Assembly (NCBI GenBank): GCA_038735675.1
Contig: JAVYNJ010000002.1
Span: 14,818-46,817 of the forward strand
Direction of reading: 5' to 3'
Origin: Nanopusillaceae archaeon
GTDB lineage: Archaea > Nanobdellota > Nanobdellia > Nanobdellales > Nanobdellaceae
Length of the DNA stretch: 32,000 bases
In this document: positions 28,585 through 32,000 of the stretch, piece after piece
Layout: each line of letters opens with the position of its first letter
Numbering within the stretch: the first letter of the stretch is position 1
Program-made: the position numbers and the translations under genes
The notes under the pieces: model-generated
The model's database searches: none
Told to the model about the DNA's origin: nothing
The model's input: only the letters and a program-made list of their open reading frames with translations

Positions 28585-29260
28585 CTTCTTTTATTTTTTC
28601 ATTAATAATATTTATTAAATTTGGGTCAATATTTTCTAAATTATCTAAATTTATTTCAGCGTAATCTTTTATTTTTAAATTATCAGGAATCTCTATTTTT
28701 GGATGCAATATTCTAACTTCTACTCCTATGACTCCTTGAGGAAGTTTAGCGTGAGCAATAGCAACATTCATAATTTTATTAACTTCTCCAGATTTCTTCA
28801 TATTTCCTTTAAATATTCTTACAGTGCTGGATCTCTCACCAATAATTTTTCCCGTTAATCTTATCTCAATTCCAATAGCTCCAGCTTTCATGACATCTTC
28901 AGCAACTTTTATTGCTATTTTTCTAGCCGCCTTTGTTCCAAATCTTTCTATTCTTGAAGCTATGAGATCTGCAATTATCTCTGAATCTAATAAAGGATTT
29001 TCCACAGGTATTGCTTCAATTTGAGGATTCTTAAAACCTAGATTTTTACAAATTTTAATTATTCTTTCTAAGTTTTCATTTGCTTTTCCAAGCACTAATC
29101 TAGGTTTTGTACAATAAATAATGATTTTTTCTACTAAAGGAGTATCTATGTAAGTTACTCTGCTTATAAACTTTCCCTTGAATTCTGTTTTCAATATTTT
29201 GTTTAATAATACTTCTCTTTTTTTATGTTCAATTATCTTATTTATGTTTTCTGTAACCAT
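28568..29260 (-). CDS. rps3: 30S ribosomal protein S3 (uS3)
   Basis: 230 aa with a KH-like N-terminal half (IIIYCTKPRLVLGKANENLERI) and a conserved core (AGAIGIEIRLTGKIIGERS). It lies directly downstream of uL22, overlapping it by 19 nt. Confidence 0.85.
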   Translation of the reverse strand: MVTENINKIIEHKKREVLLNKILKTEFKGKFISRVTYIDTPLVEKIIIYCTKPRLVLGKANENLERIIKICKNLGFKNPQIEAIPVENPLLDSEIIADLIASRIERFGTKAARKIAIKVAEDVMKAGAIGIEIRLTGKIIGERSSTVRIFKGNMKKSGEVNKIMNVAIAHAKLPQGVIGVEVRILHPKIEIPDNLKIKDYAEINLDNLENIDPNLINIINEKIKEATHQQ

Positions 29261-29781
29261 TCTTTTATTAAAGATTTTATTAAATTTTTTAATTCTTTCC
29301 TTTTATATTTTTTAGAAGTATCATATTGATCAACAAAGATACCATAAATTTCTACATGAGTAGATTTTCTTCTAACTCCTCTTCCTATGTAGTTTATCTT
29401 TCTGGGCATAGTATTTCCCTTGTTGACAGCTATATGGAATATTAATATTTTTGAAGGATCTAAATTCATATTTATTGCGTTTTTTTCTAAAGAATCTAAT
29501 AGTTTTAATAAATATTTTGAGGATTTTACTGGATATCTTCCCTGTTTAATTTTAGCGTTAATATTTTTTCTATGTGGAATATCTCTATCATGTTTATAGA
29601 AAGGTATTGCGATCCTTTTTTGTATAACAGCTTCTAAATATCTTTTTGCCGTTTTTATTGGTAGATATTTTATATATCTTGCTAAATTAACAGTCTTTTT
29701 TCTAGATATGGGAAGATTGTATGCTTTCACAGATACTAATTTTTTTTGTTCTTTTAGCATATATAGGAGCTTATTATTCAT
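29242..29781 (-). CDS. rpl22: 50S ribosomal protein L22 (uL22)
   Basis: Motifs AKRYLEAVIQKRIAIPFYKHDRDIPHRK...GRYPVKSSKYLLKLLDSLEKNA and THVEIYG. It carries a ~25-aa basic C-terminal tail. Confidence 0.85.
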   Translation of the reverse strand: MNNKLLYMLKEQKKLVSVKAYNLPISRKKTVNLARYIKYLPIKTAKRYLEAVIQKRIAIPFYKHDRDIPHRKNINAKIKQGRYPVKSSKYLLKLLDSLEKNAINMNLDPSKILIFHIAVNKGNTMPRKINYIGRGVRRKSTHVEIYGIFVDQYDTSKKYKRKELKNLIKSLIKEWLQKT

Positions 29782-29824
29782 TTGAATTAGAAAGGATAAA
29801 AATATTTAAAAAATAAATTTGATT

Positions 29825-30235
29825 ATGTTAGTGAAGGCTTTAGAGTTATCTATAGTATTGATAGTGATATCTTATATTTTTTTGAATTTTATCCAAATTT
29901 CAGAAAATCTTTATATTTTTTATAGAGAAAAATATCAATTTTTAGAAAGATTTCTAGTAGGAAGATTTTTAATTAAGTTTTTAACAGAAAGTGAAACTTT
30001 ATCCTATACAACATGTAATTTGAATGAAAATTTTTCATATTTGATTAATGGAAATTTAAATATAACTGATATAATAAAGAATGCAGAATTGTTGAATAAT
30101 GTTAAAATAGAAATAGAAGATTTAGAAAATAAAGAAAAAATTTTTGAATTAGGAAATATTAAAAAAGATTTTGTATCCTTCTCTAGAGTTTGTAATTATA
30201 ATGGAAAATTGATTAAAATAAATGTTTTAGTATGA
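29825..30235 (+). CDS. Small secreted/membrane protein with a class III (type IV pilin-like) signal-peptide-like N-terminus
   Basis: I prefer the ATG at 29825 over the track's TTG at 29819. The N-terminus is MLVKA|LELSIVLIVISYIFLNF. It has exactly 2 Cys and N-x-S/T sequons. It is the first of three genes linked by 4-nt overlaps. Confidence 0.4.
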   Translation: MLVKALELSIVLIVISYIFLNFIQISENLYIFYREKYQFLERFLVGRFLIKFLTESETLSYTTCNLNENFSYLINGNLNITDIIKNAELLNNVKIEIEDLENKEKIFELGNIKKDFVSFSRVCNYNGKLIKINVLV

Positions 30236-30573
30236 AATCAAGCGCATTTTTAATTATAGAAATTTTATTGACAATATTTATTGTATTTTTCTTTTTGAAT
30301 AATATAACGTTGGATTTTAGAGTAGATTTAAATTCTTTCATAGTAGAGGATATTTTTGCCTCTCTTATATCTATAAATTACTTAAATTTGTCTTCAAAAG
30401 AAGAATTATCAGACAAAATATGCAGTATTATGGATGCGCTAGTTTCGGAGTATTCCTTGTTTATAAATAATAATCTAGTATGTGGAAATGATAATGAAAA
30501 TTATTATAAGTCAATTAAAACATTTTATGTAGTTAATGGCGAAATCTTATATGTTGATATTAAATTGAAATGA
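30232..30573 (+). CDS. Small pilin-like protein (prepilin-type N-terminus)
   Basis: MKSSA|FLIIEILLTIFIVFFFL would give F+1 and E+5 after a small residue, as in type IV prepilins. It has exactly 2 Cys. It shares 4-nt overlaps with both neighbouring genes. Confidence 0.4.
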   Translation: MKSSAFLIIEILLTIFIVFFFLNNITLDFRVDLNSFIVEDIFASLISINYLNLSSKEELSDKICSIMDALVSEYSLFINNNLVCGNDNENYYKSIKTFYVVNGEILYVDIKLK

Positions 30574-30845
30574 GATCACAATATATAGTGATCTTTTTAA
30601 TGTTAATTTTTTCTTTGTTCATTTATTATTTCTCTAATTTCAAAAACTATTATTTTTATCATTCAGAAATAGATCGTTATATAGCAGAAGATTTTAAAAT
30701 AAAGCTAAATCTATATAATGAGGATTTAGTAAACAACACATATTATGAATTATGTTTAGAATACAATAGAATTTGCTATTACAACACAACTCATATAATC
30801 GTAGAATACGGAAATCGTATAATCATTTTACCAATAGAAATCTAA
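30570..30845 (+). CDS. Small pilin-like/secreted protein
   Basis: N-terminus MRS|QYIVIFLMLIFSLFIYYF, exactly 2 Cys (ELCLEYNRIC) and N-x-T sequons. It is the third member of the overlapping trio. Confidence 0.35.
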   Translation: MRSQYIVIFLMLIFSLFIYYFSNFKNYYFYHSEIDRYIAEDFKIKLNLYNEDLVNNTYYELCLEYNRICYYNTTHIIVEYGNRIIILPIEI

Positions 30846-30918
30846 TGCTTTCGTTAGGATATTTAATTTCTATGAGGCCTCCATACAATATATACTTTCT
30901 ATAAACTGAAACTTTAAT

Positions 30919-31962
30919 TTAGGAAGTTAACTTATTTTCATTTATTTCTTTATTTTCTCCTTCATATCGTATTCTAACCATATTATATATATCATATATC
31001 ATCTGCAGATATTCCCTTCTTTTATGTCTTGATATTTGCGAAAATATATCTGAAAGTTTTCGAAAAACTTCTCTGTATTTTTCTAAAAAAATATTTTCAA
31101 AGTTAGAAAAATCATTTATATTAAATAAACGTTTTAAAAATGTTAATAGAAAGAGAATTATTCTTTTAAAAAATCTTTCAAATTCTTCTAAATCGTATTT
31201 ATTATTAGCTATTATTATTTTATCTTCATATTTATCATAGAATATGTTTGCATGTGATACTTTATTTCTAAGAATCCTCGCTTCACTTTTTTCACCAAAA
31301 ATAGAATTTTCTGTTTTTAATCCTAGATTTTTTAGCACATTACATATTTCTCCAGCAGTAGCGTGATCGTTATATTCCTTTCTATTTATCTTCATAAAAG
31401 GTCTATTTTTTTTCTCCCATTCCTTATTTTCATCTATAATTGCAAAAAGAACGCGATCTACAATATATAATAGACTTTCATAAATGATGACGTATAAATT
31501 AGCATAAATAAAAGCTAAAAGTGATTTAGACAGGATCGAAGTATTTGCTTCTTTTAAAATTTCGGTAGCATATACTAAAATTCCAAAGATTGGAAGAAGA
31601 TATAGAAGACGATTAGGATCTATTTTTTTTCTTTCATTTACAAGAAAATTAATTATTTCTATATCTTCTTCACTAATTGAATAAGATTTATATAAATTTT
31701 CAATTTCTTCTACATTTTTTTTAAAAGAACTTAATCCATCTTTATTTATATATTCTATTATGTTGTTTGCTACTTTTTTGCAAAATTCACTCGCTCGGTA
31801 CGGATCTTTTATATTTTCTTCTAGCTCTTTAAAAAGTTTGCTATTGAATATTTGCCGTGGAAGATAAATGCCTTCTTTTTCTAGCATATGTTTTAGTCCT
31901 TCAAATAGCTTATCCTCCATATTCTTCCTATGTTCTAGCTTTCTAGACAGACTACCATTCAT
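30919..31962 (-). CDS. Hypothetical protein with an RNxxxH (HEPN/Abi2-like) motif
   Basis: 347 aa. ILRNKVSHANIFY (R232-H237, nt 31252-31269) matches the HEPN Rx4H signature with the typical Asn after Arg. Two hydrophobic stretches lie mid-protein (LLYLLPIFGILVYA, LLAFIYANLYVIIY). Confidence 0.4.
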   Translation of the reverse strand: MNGSLSRKLEHRKNMEDKLFEGLKHMLEKEGIYLPRQIFNSKLFKELEENIKDPYRASEFCKKVANNIIEYINKDGLSSFKKNVEEIENLYKSYSISEEDIEIINFLVNERKKIDPNRLLYLLPIFGILVYATEILKEANTSILSKSLLAFIYANLYVIIYESLLYIVDRVLFAIIDENKEWEKKNRPFMKINRKEYNDHATAGEICNVLKNLGLKTENSIFGEKSEARILRNKVSHANIFYDKYEDKIIIANNKYDLEEFERFFKRIILFLLTFLKRLFNINDFSNFENIFLEKYREVFRKLSDIFSQISRHKRREYLQMIYDIYNMVRIRYEGENKEINENKLTS

Positions 31963-32000
31963 GTTATTCCATTGTTATATTATTTTATATGATGTATGCC

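Noticed and set aside
30846-30918. The convergent intergenic spacer containing the GAGGCCTC palindrome and a CUGA, considered as a possible small RNA or terminator hairpin.
   Set aside because: The palindrome has no loop, and there is no UGAUGA C box upstream of the CUGA. It is most simply the spacer between two convergent gene ends.

Overview
This is a very AT-rich, tightly packed archaeal chromosome segment (by eye about a quarter G+C). Many genes overlap by 1-35 nt. Only the three tRNA genes are GC-rich (about two-thirds G+C). That pattern points to a thermophilic, genome-reduced archaeon. The scattered ribosomal-protein mini-clusters fit a Nanoarchaeota/DPANN-type symbiont best, but this is inference and no search was run.

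The window is mostly information-processing housekeeping:
- Transcription: rpoF (5'-truncated by the window edge), the DUF655 gene, TBP and RpoL.
- Translation and RNA processing: nop5-fibrillarin, uS10, aEF-1alpha, IleRS, aCPSF1, ABCE1, uS14-uS8, uL18 and uL22-uS3.
- Replication and repair: thymidylate kinase, type IA topoisomerase, PolD small subunit, Orc1/Cdc6 and FEN1.
- Other: proteasome beta subunit, a PIN/ATPase/KH protein and archaeal phosphoglycerate mutase.
- tRNAs: Leu(UAG), Ser(GCU) and Leu(CAA).

I saw no rRNA, CRISPR array, transposase or integrase.

Items worth a second look:
- a canonical C/D-box sRNA 4 nt upstream of tRNA-Leu(UAG);
- a 52-aa zinc-ribbon gene missing from the ORF track;
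- an RNase-H-fold DUF460-like gene whose conserved N-terminus has no canonical start codon;
- a uS14 with a ~66-aa N-terminal extension;
- a truncated NFACT/RqcH homologue;
- a 374-bp AT-rich gap upstream of orc1/cdc6 that may be the origin;
- three translationally coupled pilin-like genes next to an RNxxxH (HEPN/Abi-like) protein at the right edge.

I found no clear multi-gene novel system. The right-edge cluster is the least ordinary part of the window.
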